Origin: Azolla caroliniana
Lineage: Eukaryota; Plantae; Polypodiophyta
DNA: 64,000 bases
Direction of reading: 5' to 3'
NCBI GenBank assembly: GCA_043228905.1
Contig: JBHGNT010000009.1
Location: 620,001 to 684,000 of the forward strand
Part shown: positions 40,444-52,209 of the stretch, piece by piece
Position numbering within the stretch: position 1 is the first letter of the stretch
Layout: every line of letters starts with the position of its first letter
Translations under genes and position numbers: made by a program
The notes under the pieces: model-generated
Seen by the model: only the letters and a program-made list of their open reading frames with translations
Told to the model about the DNA's origin: nothing
The model's database searches: none

Positions 40444-43369
40444 GCACAAAAGACTCCTTATTCCATAAAGCAATAATACAACACCCAACCTTACAAAAAG
40501 GTTACAAGGTCACTATATATAGTGACCGACTTAGGGCAACTACCCTTTATGCTAATTACATAAATGGCCAAAACGGGATAGTGTGAATACGTCCATTATA
40601 CACATGTATTCGACACTCCCCCGTAATGGGCGTATACATGGGTTATCTAAGATTACAGGTATAGACTTAGGTTCTCGGACATATCAGCTTTGTTCGAGTC
40701 GGCAGGGTCCGAAGGCAGAAGACCGAACTGGTCGGGTCGGAACAGTTGAAGCCGATCATTAAGGAACTGATGTCGGTTGTCGGGAACCATCCTGCTCTGT
40801 GTCCGGCTCTAACCGGACTGGTTTGTCGTTACGCCCATCTGATGCCGAAGAGACCGAAAACGGTCTGCCGAAAGACATTTGGTCATTCCATCTGCGACAT
40901 TGTCGGTTGTGGATATTTTCTCTAGACCGATTTTCCCTGAAATGACGCAGTCCCGAACGAAGTGATATCGAACGTCGATATGTTTGGAGGCGTTGTGGTG
41001 AACCGGATTTTTCGACAAGGCAACAGCACCTTGACTGTCGCTGTAGACAACTGGAGCCGAGTCATGGTCGACTTGTCGAAACGTGTGCGCCAGCCGACCG
41101 AGCCACAAAGCTTCTTTTGCTGCGTCGGACGCAGCTACATATTCTGCTTCGGTCGTTGAGGTCGCTGTGCACTCCTGAAGTTTCGACTTCCACGAGATTG
41201 CTCCATTGCCGAATTTGAAGCAGTATCCGGTTGTTGATTTCCGACTGTCTATACAGCCGGCGAAGTCCGAGTCGGTGTAACTGACTACGCCTGAGGTTCG
41301 GTTCGGTCCGAAAAGAATGCCATGGTCTTTTGTGCCAGCCAGATATCTGAACACATGTTTGACTGCGTTCCAATGCGATCGGCCAGGATTGTGCATAAAT
41401 CTGCTAACGACTCCTACGGCGTGAGAAATATCAGGCCGTGTCGCGACCATCAGGTACATAAGGGAGCCGACTGCCGGTGCATACGGTACCGACTTCATAT
41501 CTTCCCCCTCCGGACCGGATGTCGGGCAGTCTCGCTGAGAGAGCCGAAGATTCATGGGGAGCGGGGTTGAAGCAGATTTGGCTGATTGCATGTTGAAGCG
41601 TTCCAAGATACGTCGGATATAGTCGGTCTGAGACAAAAAGAGATGTCGTTTATCGCGATGCCGACTAATCTTCATGCCGAGTATGTGTCGTGCCGGACCG
41701 AGGTCCTTCATGGCAAACTTCAACCGCAGTTGCCGAATGAGATCGGCAAGTTCGCCCGCGTGGCGTCCAGAAATTAGCATGTCGTCCACGTAAATGATGA
41801 GGAAGATGGGTGATCCATCTTGAGCTGTGTTGGTGAAAAGACAATGGTCCTCATCGCTTTTTGAGAAGCCGATCGATTGGATGAAGTCGTCGAACTTCTT
41901 GTACCATTGTCGCGGTGCCTGTTTGAGGCCGTATAGACTCTTCCTGAGTCGGCAGACTAGATGTTCTTGGCCAGTCGCCACGAAGCCTTTTGGCTGCTCC
42001 ATATAAATTTCCTCGTCAAGATCACCATGGAGGAAGGCTGTTTTGACATCTAGCTGAATCAGCTCCAAGTTGTCGGCTGCCACTACGTCGAGTAGGAAAC
42101 GAAGGGTTGTCATTTTCACCACTGGTGAAAAAATCTCGTCGAAGTCGACGCCATAGTCTTGTCGGAAGCCCTTCGCAACTAATCTGGCCTTGTACTTTGG
42201 GGTGGTCGAATCAGACGTCTCTTTTAGTCGATAAACCCACTTGCAAGGAAGAGCACGTCGGTTCCTAGGTAATTCAACCAGATCCCAAGTCTTGTTTGCC
42301 CGAATGGAGTGCATTTCCGACTCCATCGCCAGATGCCAGGTGGCTGAATCGACAGATGTCGATGCTTCTTCGTAAGACGTCGGTTCGCCGGCGTCGGTGA
42401 AGAAAATTCCAGGAGAATACCTCTCCGGAGGTTGCGACAGTCTCTCGGATCGGCGAGGTAAGATTGGACTGGTCGCATCGGGTATCAAGGTCGGATGGTC
42501 CGAAAGCGGATTGTTCTGCTGTGCCGAGTCGGGGTTGTCCGAGTCGGTAGTGTAAGGTTCAGCTACCCGTGAAGCTGACCGTGTGTTGAGAGCGGGGCCT
42601 TCTTGAAGGGTCGGCACATCGGAAAATGTTACCCTTCGGACTTCGATCGGTTTTTCGACTGATGGATTCATAGCCGACTCGTTGAACACAACGTCCGAAC
42701 TTCGAACGATTTGTCTGCGTTCGGGGTCCCAGAGTCGGTATCCCATTTCGCCGTCGGATCCATATCCAAGGAAAATGCATTTCCTGGACCGAGGTGCAAG
42801 TTTTCGGCGATCATCTTTCGGAATAAGGGCGTACGCCTCGCATCCGAAGATCCTCAGCTTGTCGTAATTCGGCTTACTGCCGATCCATAGTTCCTGAGGA
42901 ATTTGAAGTCCTAGAGGTCTACTTGGCGACATATTGATTATGTGTACTGCCGTGAGTAGAGCCTCTGCCCAGAAGCCATCCGACAGTCCGGAGTGTTGGA
43001 GCATGGAAACTATCCGTTCTTGGATTGTCCGATTCATGCGTTCGGCAATCCCGTTTTGCTCCGGACTGTGTGGTGCCGTAAATTCACGTCGGATGCCGCG
43101 TTGTCGGCAGAATTTGACGAATTCTTCGGATTTAAACTCTCCCCCATTGTCTGTCCGAAAGCATTTCAGCTTTCGGTCGGTTTGATTTTCTACCATAGCG
43201 AGCCAATCGGTGAAGATCGAGAAGACCCGATCTTTGGTGCGAATTGGATAAGCCCACACCTTTCGAGTCGAATCGTCAATAAAAGTGACGAAGTAAGAGG
43301 CACCGCTGAGAGACTGATGCGGCATTGGGCCACAGACGTCCGAGTGGACCAAATCGAGAGGTCTCGTTT
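40324..43369 (-). mobile_element. Young Copia F1 (minus): 3' LTR plus intact IN-RT-RNaseH; 5' half lies in the gap
   Basis: LTR 40324-40615 with adjacent PPT. ORF 40809-43352 differs from F3 at about 5 of 847 residues. Left flank gaaga. Confidence 0.95.
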
Positions 43370-43469
43370 NNNNNNNNNNNNNNNNNNNNNNNNNNNNNNN
43401 NNNNNNNNNNNNNNNNNNNNNNNNNNNNNNNNNNNNNNNNNNNNNNNNNNNNNNNNNNNNNNNNNNNNN
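43370..43469. other. Assembly gap (100 N placeholder)
   Basis: Run of N. Confidence 0.99.
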
Positions 43470-44434
43470 ACGGGAGGATCAGTTGGATTTGTCTCTCTCG
43501 TCGCTGCAGCCACCCGAAGCAGAATCGGTCCAGATAATCGGTTACGGCAATGGAGCAATCTCGTGGAAGTCAAAACTTCAGGAGTGCACAGCGACCTCAA
43601 CGACCGAAGCAGAATATGTAGCTGCGTCCGACGCAGCAAAAGAAGCTTTGTGGCTCGGTCGGCTGGCGCACACGTTTCGACAAGTCGACCACGACTCGGC
43701 TCCAGTTGTCTACAGCGACAGTCAAGGTGCTGTTGCCTTGTCGAAAAATCCGGTTCACCACAATGCCTCCAAACATATCGACGTTCGATATCACTTCGTT
43801 CGGGACTGCGTCATTTCAGGGAAAATCGGTCTAGAGAAAATATCCACAACCGACAATGTCGCAGATGGAATGACCAAATGTCTTTCGGCAGACCGTTTTC
43901 GGTCTCTTCGGCATCAGATGGGCGTAACGACAAACCAGTCCGGTTAGAGCCGGACACAGAGCAGGATGGTTCCCGACAACCGACATCAGTTCCTTAATGA
44001 TCGGCTTCAACTGTTCCGACCCGACCAGTTCGGTCTTCTGCCTTCGGACCCTGCCGACTCGAACAAAGCTGATATGTCCGAGAACCTAATTCTATACCTG
44101 TAATCTTAGATAACCCATGTATACGCCCATTACGGGGGAGTGTCGAATACATGTGTATAATGGACGTATTCACACTATCCCGTTTTGGCCATTTATGTAA
44201 TTAGCATAAAGGGTAGTTGCCCTAAGTCGGTCACTATATATAGTGACCTTGTAACCTTTTTGTAAGGTTGGGTGTTGTATTATTGCTTTATGGAATAAGG
44301 AGTCTTTTGTGCCTCTCTGTCTCTGTCTCTCTCTCTCTCTCTCTCTGTGCAACGACCTACAAGCTCTCATACGCAGGTACAGAACAAAATCGAATGCTTC
44401 TTGATCTTCCGCATAGACGACTTCGTCTGCAACA
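43470..44434 (+). mobile_element. Young Copia F2, internally deleted non-autonomous copy
   Basis: 5' leader sequence (matches about 46027-46097) fused directly to RNaseH (matches from about 49949), then PPT and 3' LTR 44141-44434. Right flank gggag. Confidence 0.9.
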
Positions 44435-45375
44435 GGGAGGCTAGACGATGAAGGCTACACGGGTAGCATCCGGAACGGTGTCATGAAGTTCAGCAAAGGG
44501 AGCCTGATAGTGGCTCGGGCCCGGAAGATCAACACACTGTACCTGATGAATTCCCGGCTATGTCCGGAGGAGTTGAACGTGGCAGCTGACACTGCCGGTG
44601 AGCTATGGCACAAGAGACTGTGCCACATGAGCGAGAAGGGGATGAAGAGGCTTGCCGAAGACAACCTGATACCGGTAAAGCATGTACACTTGGGGAAGTG
44701 TACCGACTGTCTGGCCGGTAAGCAAAACCGGACCTCCTTCCACTCAAGGCCACCGACGAGACGTAGCGCACCACTGGAGTTGGTGCACACTGACGTGTGT
44801 CAAGTAGAAACGAAGTCACATGGCGGAGCCCAGTACTTCGTGACATTCATTGATGATCACAGCCGGAAGCTGTGGACGGCACCGTTGAAGACAAAGGACC
44901 AAGTATTGTCCGTCTTCAAAGAACTTCACGCGAGAGTGGAAAGAGAATCCGGCAAGAAGCTGAAAGCGATACGAGCGGATAACGGAGGGGAATACCGGGG
45001 GCAGTTCGCGGAGTACTGTCGCTCGAAGGGAATCCGGCTCGAGTTTACTGTGCCGAAGATGCCGGAACTGAACGGGCTGGCCGAGAGAATGAACCGGACC
45101 ATAATGGAGAGGGTCCGGAGTATGCTGGCGCATGCGAAATTACCCAAGGGGTTTTGGGCTGAGGCAATGTCGATGGCGACATACGTGATAAACAGATCAC
45201 CCTCAGTACCTTTGGATGGAGACACGCCGCAGAGAGTGTGGACCGGTAGGGAAGTATCCTACCGGCACCTGAAGGTGTTTGGGTGTCTCGCATATGTGCA
45301 TGTGGCAAAGGACCGGAGAGGAAAGCTAGACCCAAAGACCCGGCCATGCATATTCCTCGGTTACGGCGATGACGA

Positions 45376-48300
45376 TGTCGAATACATGTGTATAATGGAC
45401 GTATTCACACTATCCCGTTTTGGCCATTTATGTAATTAGCATAAAGGGTAGTTGCCCTAAGTCGGTCACTATATATAGTGACCTTGTAACCTTTTTGTAA
45501 GGTTGGGTGTTGTATTATTGCTTTATGGAATAAGGAGTCTTTTGTGCCTCTCTGTCTCTCTGTCTCTCTCTCTCTCTCTCTGTGCAACGACCTACAAGCT
45601 CTCATACGCAGGCACAGAACAAAATCGAATGCTTCTTGATCTTCCGCATAGACGACTTCGTCTGCAACATCTGGTATCAGAGCCTGCACAGTAGTCGGTC
45701 CTTCAATCCGTTGTCGGCCGTCATCTCAGCATTCGGTTTCCTGCGTCATTCGAAGAAGAGAGAAGAAGAAGAAAAACGAGGCTTGCATCTCTTCGCGTTA
45801 GATCCTCTTCGCTTGGAGTAAGCCAGCCGGTTGTACTCCGTTCCTTGTGATCGCAACGCTCGAGGTGAAATCCCCTTGTGCAACATTGACACGATCGCGC
45901 TCCACTCGGTTAAACGGCATCCGAAAAGGTCATTAAACGTTGCTCGCCGCTCGTAGTAACCACTCGGTGCAGATCGGTCTCAAGACAACAACCCCAATTT
46001 GCGCTTCATCCGGCTGATCGACATTCGGGAGGATCAGTTGGATTTGTCTCTCTCGTCGCTGCAGCCACCCGAAGCAGAATCGGTCCAGATAATCGGTTTC
46101 AATAATCGGTATTCGGCATATATATCCGAAGCGAACCGGGCTCACTCCGACTCGGCAACATTCGGGAAGACCAGTCGGTTCTGTCCCTCAAGTTACCGGA
46201 GTCAATTCGAGCAAGTTCCGAAGCCGAACCGACTCGGGTTCAAATCCGACTAGAACGATATCGGGTGAGCCAACTGGCTGCACTCCAACAAGGTTCGTAG
46301 TCAACTCCGAACCGAGCGTCGTCAACCAAAACCGAACTTGATGGCATCAACATCCGGCTCGTCAGAAATGAGTCTACGAAAGTTCGATGGATCGAACTTC
46401 AACTTCTGGAAGGAACAAATGCAGGACTATCTCATAGTCAAGGGGCAAATCGATCCCATCGAAAATGAAGAACCTCCAGAAGGATACAAACCAATTGAGT
46501 GGCAGAAGCTGGACAGAATTGTCCGCGCCACGATTCGGATGCACCTATCGGAATTGGTATACTTTACGGTGCAATCGTGTACGACAGCATTCGAACTGTG
46601 GAAAACACTGTCGGACACTTACGAAAAGAAGGTCGCCGCAACGAAGATGTTTCTGATCCGGCGCCTCTACAACTTGCGGATGAAAGAATCCGATTCGGTT
46701 CAAGCACACCTCAATGAGTACGAAAGCATAAGCTCCCAAATCTCGTCACAGGGGACGGCAATCGAGGATGAACTCAGAGCAATGATACTCATGAGCAGCC
46801 TTCCCTCATCATGGGAAACTTTCGTCACAACCGTGTGCAACGCGTCAACCACGGCTGTTAAATACTCCGAAGTCACGAGCGCAATCCTGACCGAAGCAGC
46901 TCGGAGAAAGTCTTTCGCCAAAGACTCAACAGACGACGCTTACGTAGTACAAGGTTCGACAGACCGATCGAACATACGAGGAAGAGATTCCTCACGGCCG
47001 CCGAACAATCAGCGAAGACGGAGCCAGTCACGGGATAACCGAATCTGCAACTATTGCAAGAAACCCGGACACATCAAAGCCGACTGCCGCGCACTCAAGA
47101 ACAAGAACAAGAAGAGTGGCCGGCATGAGGAGATCAATTACGTCAGCTTCTCAGCTGATGTACTACCGGACGACCCGAATATACTATCAATCGAAAATCC
47201 AGTCGGATCAGAAGTTCTACTCACGACTGAAGAATCGAGCACATGGCTCTTAGATTCGGGCGCGTCATTTCACGTGACTCCTCATCGATCCCAATTTCGG
47301 CAATATACGATCCGTCACTCCGACTCAGTTCGAGTCGGCAACTCACAACACTGTGACATCATCGGAATCGGCACAGTAGAGCTCAACCTTGCCGGTGGCT
47401 CTACACTTGTACTCCACAATGTCCGACATGTACCCGAGCTCTCAAGGCCATTGATCTCAGTCGGACAACTAGATGAAGACGGCATTCGTGCCGGTTTTTC
47501 TTCGGGAGGGTGGACACTCCACAGGGGGAACCTCCTGCTTGCTAGAGGACCCAAGATACACTCACTGTATCCGTTACATGTTACGCTCAGAGAGGGTAAC
47601 CTGTTTTTGGTGGATATTCCTGTGTCATCACTATGGCACCGAAGATTAGGACACCTCAGCAAGGCCGGCATCACGCACCTATCTAGAGCCGGATACATCC
47701 CCAAACTCTCCTTCTCGGACCATCAATTCTGCGAGCATTGCCAGTATGGCAAACAAGCAGCCGCATCACACCCGACATCAGCACCAAGAGAAACGAGACC
47801 TCTTGATTTGGTCCACTCGGACGTCTGTGGCCCAATGCCGCATCAGTCTCTCGGCGGTGCCTCTTACTTCGTCACTTTTATTGACGATTCGACTCGAAAG
47901 GTGTGGGCTTATCCAATTCGCACCAAAGATCGGGTCTTCTCGATCTTCACCGATTGGCTCGCTATGGTGGAAAATCAAACCGACCGAAAGCTGAAATGCT
48001 TTCGGACAGACAATGGGGGAGAGTTTAAATCCGAAGAATTCGTCAAATTCTGCCGACAACGCGGCATCCGACGTGAATTTACGGCACCACACAGTCCGGA
48101 GCAAAACGGGATTGCCGAACGCATGAATCGGACAATCCAAGAACGGACAGTTTCCATGCTCCAACACTCCGGACTGTCGGATGGCTTCTGGGCAGAGGCT
48201 CTACTCACGGCAGTACACATAATCAATATGTCGCCAAGTAGACCTCTAGGACTTCAAATTCCTCAGGAACTATGGATCGGCAGTAAGCCGAATTACGACA

Positions 48301-50716
48301 AGCTGAGGATCTTCGGATGCGAGGCGTACGCCCTTATTCCGAAAGATGATCGCCGAAAACTTGCACCTCGGTCCAGGAAATGCATTTTCCTTGGATATGG
48401 ATCCGACGGCGAAATGGGATACCGACTCTGGGACCCCGAACGCAGACAAATCGTTCGAAGTTCGGACGTTGTGTTCAACGAGTCGGCTATGAATCCATCA
48501 GTCGAAAAACCGATCGAAGTCCGAAGGGTAACATTTTCCGATGTGCCGACCCTTCAAGAAGGCCCCGCTCTCAACACACGGTCAGCTTCACGGGTAGCTG
48601 AACCTTACACTACCGACTCGGACAACCCCGACTCGGCACAGCAGAACAATCCGCTTTCGGACCATCCGACCTTGATACCCGATGCGACCAGTCCAATCTT
48701 ACCTCGCCGATCCGAGAGACTGTCGCAACCTCCGGAGAGGTATTCTCCTGGAATTTTCTTCACCGACGCCGGCGAACCGACGTCTTACGAAGAAGCATCG
48801 ACATCTGTCGATTCAGCCACCTGGCATCTGGCGATGGAGTCGGAAATGCACTCCATTCGGGCAAACAAGACTTGGGATCTGGTTGAATTACCTAGGAGCC
48901 GACGTGCTCTTCCTTGCAAGTGGGTTTATCGACTAAAAGAGACGTCTGATTCGACCACCCCAAAGTACAAGGCCAGATTAGTTGCGAAGGGCTTCCGACA
49001 AGACTATGGCGTCGACTTCGACGAGATTTTTTCACCAGTGGTGAAAATGACAACCCTTCGTTTCCTACTCGGCGTAGTGGCAGCCGACAACTTGGAGCTG
49101 ATTCAGCTAGATGTCAAAACAGCCTTCCTCCATGGTGATCTTGACGAGGAAATTTATATGGAGCAGCCAAAAGGCTTCGTGGCGACTGGCCAAGAACATC
49201 TAGTCTGCCGACTCAGGAAGAGTCTATACGGCCTCAAACAGGCACCGCGACAATGGTACAAGAAGTTCGACGACTTCATCCAATCGATCGGCTTCTCAAA
49301 AAGCGATGAGGACCATTGTCTTTTCACCAACACAGCTCAAGATGGATCACCCATCTTCCTCATCATTTACGTGGACGACATGCTAATTTCTGGACGCCAC
49401 GCGGGCGAACTTGCCGATCTCATTCGGCAACTGCGGTTGAAGTTTGCCATGAAGGACCTCGGTCCGGCACGACACATACTCGGCATGAAGATTAGTCGGC
49501 ATCGCGATAAACGACATCTCTTTTTGTCTCAGACCGACTATATCCGACGTATCTTGGAACGCTTCAACATGCAATCAGCCAAATCTGCTTCAACCCCGCT
49601 CCCCATGAATCTTCGGCTCTCTCAGCGAGACTGCCCGACATCCGGTCCGGAGGGGGAAGATATGAAGTCGGTACCGTATGCACCGGCAGTCGGCTCCCTT
49701 ATGTACCTGATGGTCGCGACACGGCCTGATATTTCTCACGCCGTAGGAGTCGTTAGCAGATTTATGCACAATCCTGGCCGATCGCATTGGAACGCAGTCA
49801 AACATGTGTTCAGATATCTGGCTGGCACAAAAGACCATGGCATTCTTTTCGGACCGAACCGAACCTCAGGCGTAGTCAGTTACACCGACTCGGACTTCGC
49901 CGGCTGTATAGACAATCGGAAATCAACAACCGGATACTGCTTCAAATTCGGCAATGGAGCAATCTCGTGGAAGTCGAAACTTCAGGAGTGCACAGCGACC
50001 TCAACGACCGAAGCAGAATATGTAGCTGCGTCCGACGCAGCAAAAGAAGCTTTGTGGCTCGGTCGGCTGGCGCACACGTTTCGACAAGTCGACCATGACT
50101 CGGCTCCAGTTGTCTACAGCGACAGTCAAGGTGCTGTTGCCTTGTCGAAAAATCCGGTTCACCACAACGCCTCCAAACATATCGACGTTCGATATCACTT
50201 CGTTCGGGACTGCGTCATTTCAGGGAAAATCGGTCTAGAGAAAATATCCACAACCGACAATGTCGCAGATGGAATGACCAAATGTCTTTCGGCAGACCGT
50301 TTTCGGTCTCTTCGGCATCAGATGGGCGTAACGACAAACCAGTCCGGTTAGAGCCGGACACAGAGCAGGATGGTTCCCGACAACCGACATCAGTTCCTTA
50401 ATGATCGGCTTCAACTGTTCCGACCCGACCAGTTCGGTCTTCTGCCTTCGGACCCTGCCGACTCGAACAAAGCTGATATGTCCGAGAACCTAATTCTATA
50501 CCTGTAATCTTAGATAACCCATGTATACGCCCATTACGGGGGAGTGTCGAATACATGTGTATAATGGACGTATTCACACTATCCCGTTTTGGCCATTTAT
50601 GTAATTAGCATAAAGGGTAGTTGCCCTAAGTCGGTCACTATATATAGTGACCTTGTAACCTTTTTGTAAGGTTGGGTGTTGTATTATTGCTTTATGGAAT
50701 AAGGAGTCTTTTGTGC

Positions 50717-50754
<38 letters not shown>

Positions 50755-50838
50755 AACGACCTACAAGCTCTCATACGCAGGTACAGAACAAAATCGAATG
50801 CTTCTTGATCTTCCGCATAGACGACTTCGTCTGCAACA
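45376..50838 (+). mobile_element. Full-length young Copia F3
   Basis: LTRs 45376-45669 and 50545-50838 (294 bp, TG...CA, about 2 differences); PBS TGGTATCAGAGC (tRNA-iMet) 45672-45683; PPT ACGGGGGAG. Flanks gacga/cccag do not match. Confidence 0.97.
46341..50351 (+). CDS. Copia Gag-Pol polyprotein (about 1336 aa), intact
   Basis: Zn knuckle CNYCKKPGHIKADC, protease LDSGAS, GAG-pre-integrase LWHRRLGH, integrase HSDVCGP/TDNGGEF, RT YVDD, RNaseH SDSQGA, in Copia order. Confidence 0.97.
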   Translation: MASTSGSSEMSLRKFDGSNFNFWKEQMQDYLIVKGQIDPIENEEPPEGYKPIEWQKLDRIVRATIRMHLSELVYFTVQSCTTAFELWKTLSDTYEKKVAATKMFLIRRLYNLRMKESDSVQAHLNEYESISSQISSQGTAIEDELRAMILMSSLPSSWETFVTTVCNASTTAVKYSEVTSAILTEAARRKSFAKDSTDDAYVVQGSTDRSNIRGRDSSRPPNNQRRRSQSRDNRICNYCKKPGHIKADCRALKNKNKKSGRHEEINYVSFSADVLPDDPNILSIENPVGSEVLLTTEESSTWLLDSGASFHVTPHRSQFRQYTIRHSDSVRVGNSQHCDIIGIGTVELNLAGGSTLVLHNVRHVPELSRPLISVGQLDEDGIRAGFSSGGWTLHRGNLLLARGPKIHSLYPLHVTLREGNLFLVDIPVSSLWHRRLGHLSKAGITHLSRAGYIPKLSFSDHQFCEHCQYGKQAAASHPTSAPRETRPLDLVHSDVCGPMPHQSLGGASYFVTFIDDSTRKVWAYPIRTKDRVFSIFTDWLAMVENQTDRKLKCFRTDNGGEFKSEEFVKFCRQRGIRREFTAPHSPEQNGIAERMNRTIQERTVSMLQHSGLSDGFWAEALLTAVHIINMSPSRPLGLQIPQELWIGSKPNYDKLRIFGCEAYALIPKDDRRKLAPRSRKCIFLGYGSDGEMGYRLWDPERRQIVRSSDVVFNESAMNPSVEKPIEVRRVTFSDVPTLQEGPALNTRSASRVAEPYTTDSDNPDSAQQNNPLSDHPTLIPDATSPILPRRSERLSQPPERYSPGIFFTDAGEPTSYEEASTSVDSATWHLAMESEMHSIRANKTWDLVELPRSRRALPCKWVYRLKETSDSTTPKYKARLVAKGFRQDYGVDFDEIFSPVVKMTTLRFLLGVVAADNLELIQLDVKTAFLHGDLDEEIYMEQPKGFVATGQEHLVCRLRKSLYGLKQAPRQWYKKFDDFIQSIGFSKSDEDHCLFTNTAQDGSPIFLIIYVDDMLISGRHAGELADLIRQLRLKFAMKDLGPARHILGMKISRHRDKRHLFLSQTDYIRRILERFNMQSAKSASTPLPMNLRLSQRDCPTSGPEGEDMKSVPYAPAVGSLMYLMVATRPDISHAVGVVSRFMHNPGRSHWNAVKHVFRYLAGTKDHGILFGPNRTSGVVSYTDSDFAGCIDNRKSTTGYCFKFGNGAISWKSKLQECTATSTTEAEYVAASDAAKEALWLGRLAHTFRQVDHDSAPVVYSDSQGAVALSKNPVHHNASKHIDVRYHFVRDCVISGKIGLEKISTTDNVADGMTKCLSADRFRSLRHQMGVTTNQSG

Positions 50839-52209
50839 CCCAGTCGGACCTAAGCTATCCAGTCGGCTTGATTAGTCAATTCATGTCACAACCAACTCTC
50901 AAATACCTTCAGTGCGCGCACATGATCATGAGACATGTCAACGGCACTAAAGATAGGGCGTTGTTATATCAGACTGGTATAGCCAGACCACTTGTCGACT
51001 ACACAGATGTCGATTGGGTTGTAAATGCCAACGATCTCTGATCGACATCGGGTTATGCGTTCTCCTTGGGGACCATCGTGATCTCTTGGTGCAACAAGAA
51101 GCAGCTGATAGTGGCACTGTCAAGCATTAAGGCCGAATATAGAAGAGCGGCTATCGCTACATGTGAACCCATTTGGCTAAAAAGGTTGTTGAAGGATCTA
51201 CATGTGGAGGTGTCTAAATAGACCGTAATATACTCTGACAACCTTAGCAGCATCCAACTCATGAAAAACCATGTCTTCTATGCTCGGACGAAGCACATTG
51301 AGGTGCACTATCATTTCGTCCGCAAGCAAGTCCTCTCCGATGAAGTCGAACTTGTGCATGTGGTAGGTTGTTGATATTTTCACCAAACCTATCGGCCTAG
51401 ACAAGTTATGGCAATTCTCGACCATGTTTGATCTATAGCATTTCAACTTGCTGAACTTGAGGGGGAGAAGTGAAAGGCGAAGCAAAGGCAAGAGGGGGAC
51501 ATATGGAAGAATATCGGCTAAGTGGAGACTAGGCAGATGTAGGGGTAGCGGTCGAAAGAACAGGCCAAACCCAAAGTCGACCAAACAAGCGGGAGGCAGA
51601 GCCAAAAAGGGCAAAGTCGACGTGGACGAGAAGGTCAAGATCAGGACATTGGCAAATGTGGTCAAGGGTCAGAAAGAAGGTGAATCGAAGACAACTGATT
51701 CGGTCGAGAACAATGATTCAGATGAGTCAAATCACATGAAGGCCAAGTGGACGAGATGCTGACACAAGGAAGGGAGTGTTGAGCGAGCAAGCTCAACATG
51801 GGCCAGATCGGTGGAAGAAGTCGAGAGCCAGATCGGATGGAGGGTGACAAGCTAGGCCTGGATCGATTGAAGAAGCCGAGAACCGGATCGGAAGAAGACC
51901 GATCGGCTAGGCCTGATCGGCGGGGAACCGACAAGCCGTTAGGACCGATATTCCTATTCATAGTAATAGGAATATTTTTAGGAGTCAGTGTTAGATGCTC
52001 AGTTAATGAGCATTCAAGTACTTATCAATACTTGTATAAAGTGCTCTCTGAGCACATTCGTTTTTATGGAGTATCATTTTGTAATAGAAATCTTGTATCT
52101 GCTCACTCAGTCTCTCCTACTTTGTGTATTCCTAAGTGTTGTCTATCTTCTATTGTCCGGTCGAGCCAAATGTGTTCGCACATAACGCTTCCGCATGTAT
52201 TTTTTTACA
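50839..52209 (+). mobile_element. Degenerate Copia element C, RT end, RNaseH and 3' LTR
   Basis: DLSYPVGLISQFM, YTDVDW, TKHIEVHYHFVR; purine tract GGAAGGGAG then an LTR starting TGTTG at 51777 and ending at about 52196-52209. Confidence 0.82.

Larger units (their letters stand above)
39228..45375 (+). mobile_element. Copia element D (Tnt1/Tork-like), interrupted by three family-F insertions
   Basis: 5' LTR ends CAACA at 39970 and holds internal CCGGATGATGAAGAGTAC repeats; PBS TGGTATCAGAGC 39974-39985. Gag 40002-40323 (NYADWKIKMEDLL); pre-integrase/integrase 44435-45375 (LWHKRLCH, ADNGGEY, CIFLGY). LTR start is approximate. Confidence 0.88.

Noticed and set aside
42993-43997. 334-aa ORF spanning the gap
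   Set aside because: Artefact of reading through Ns; antisense or off-frame to Copia pol.
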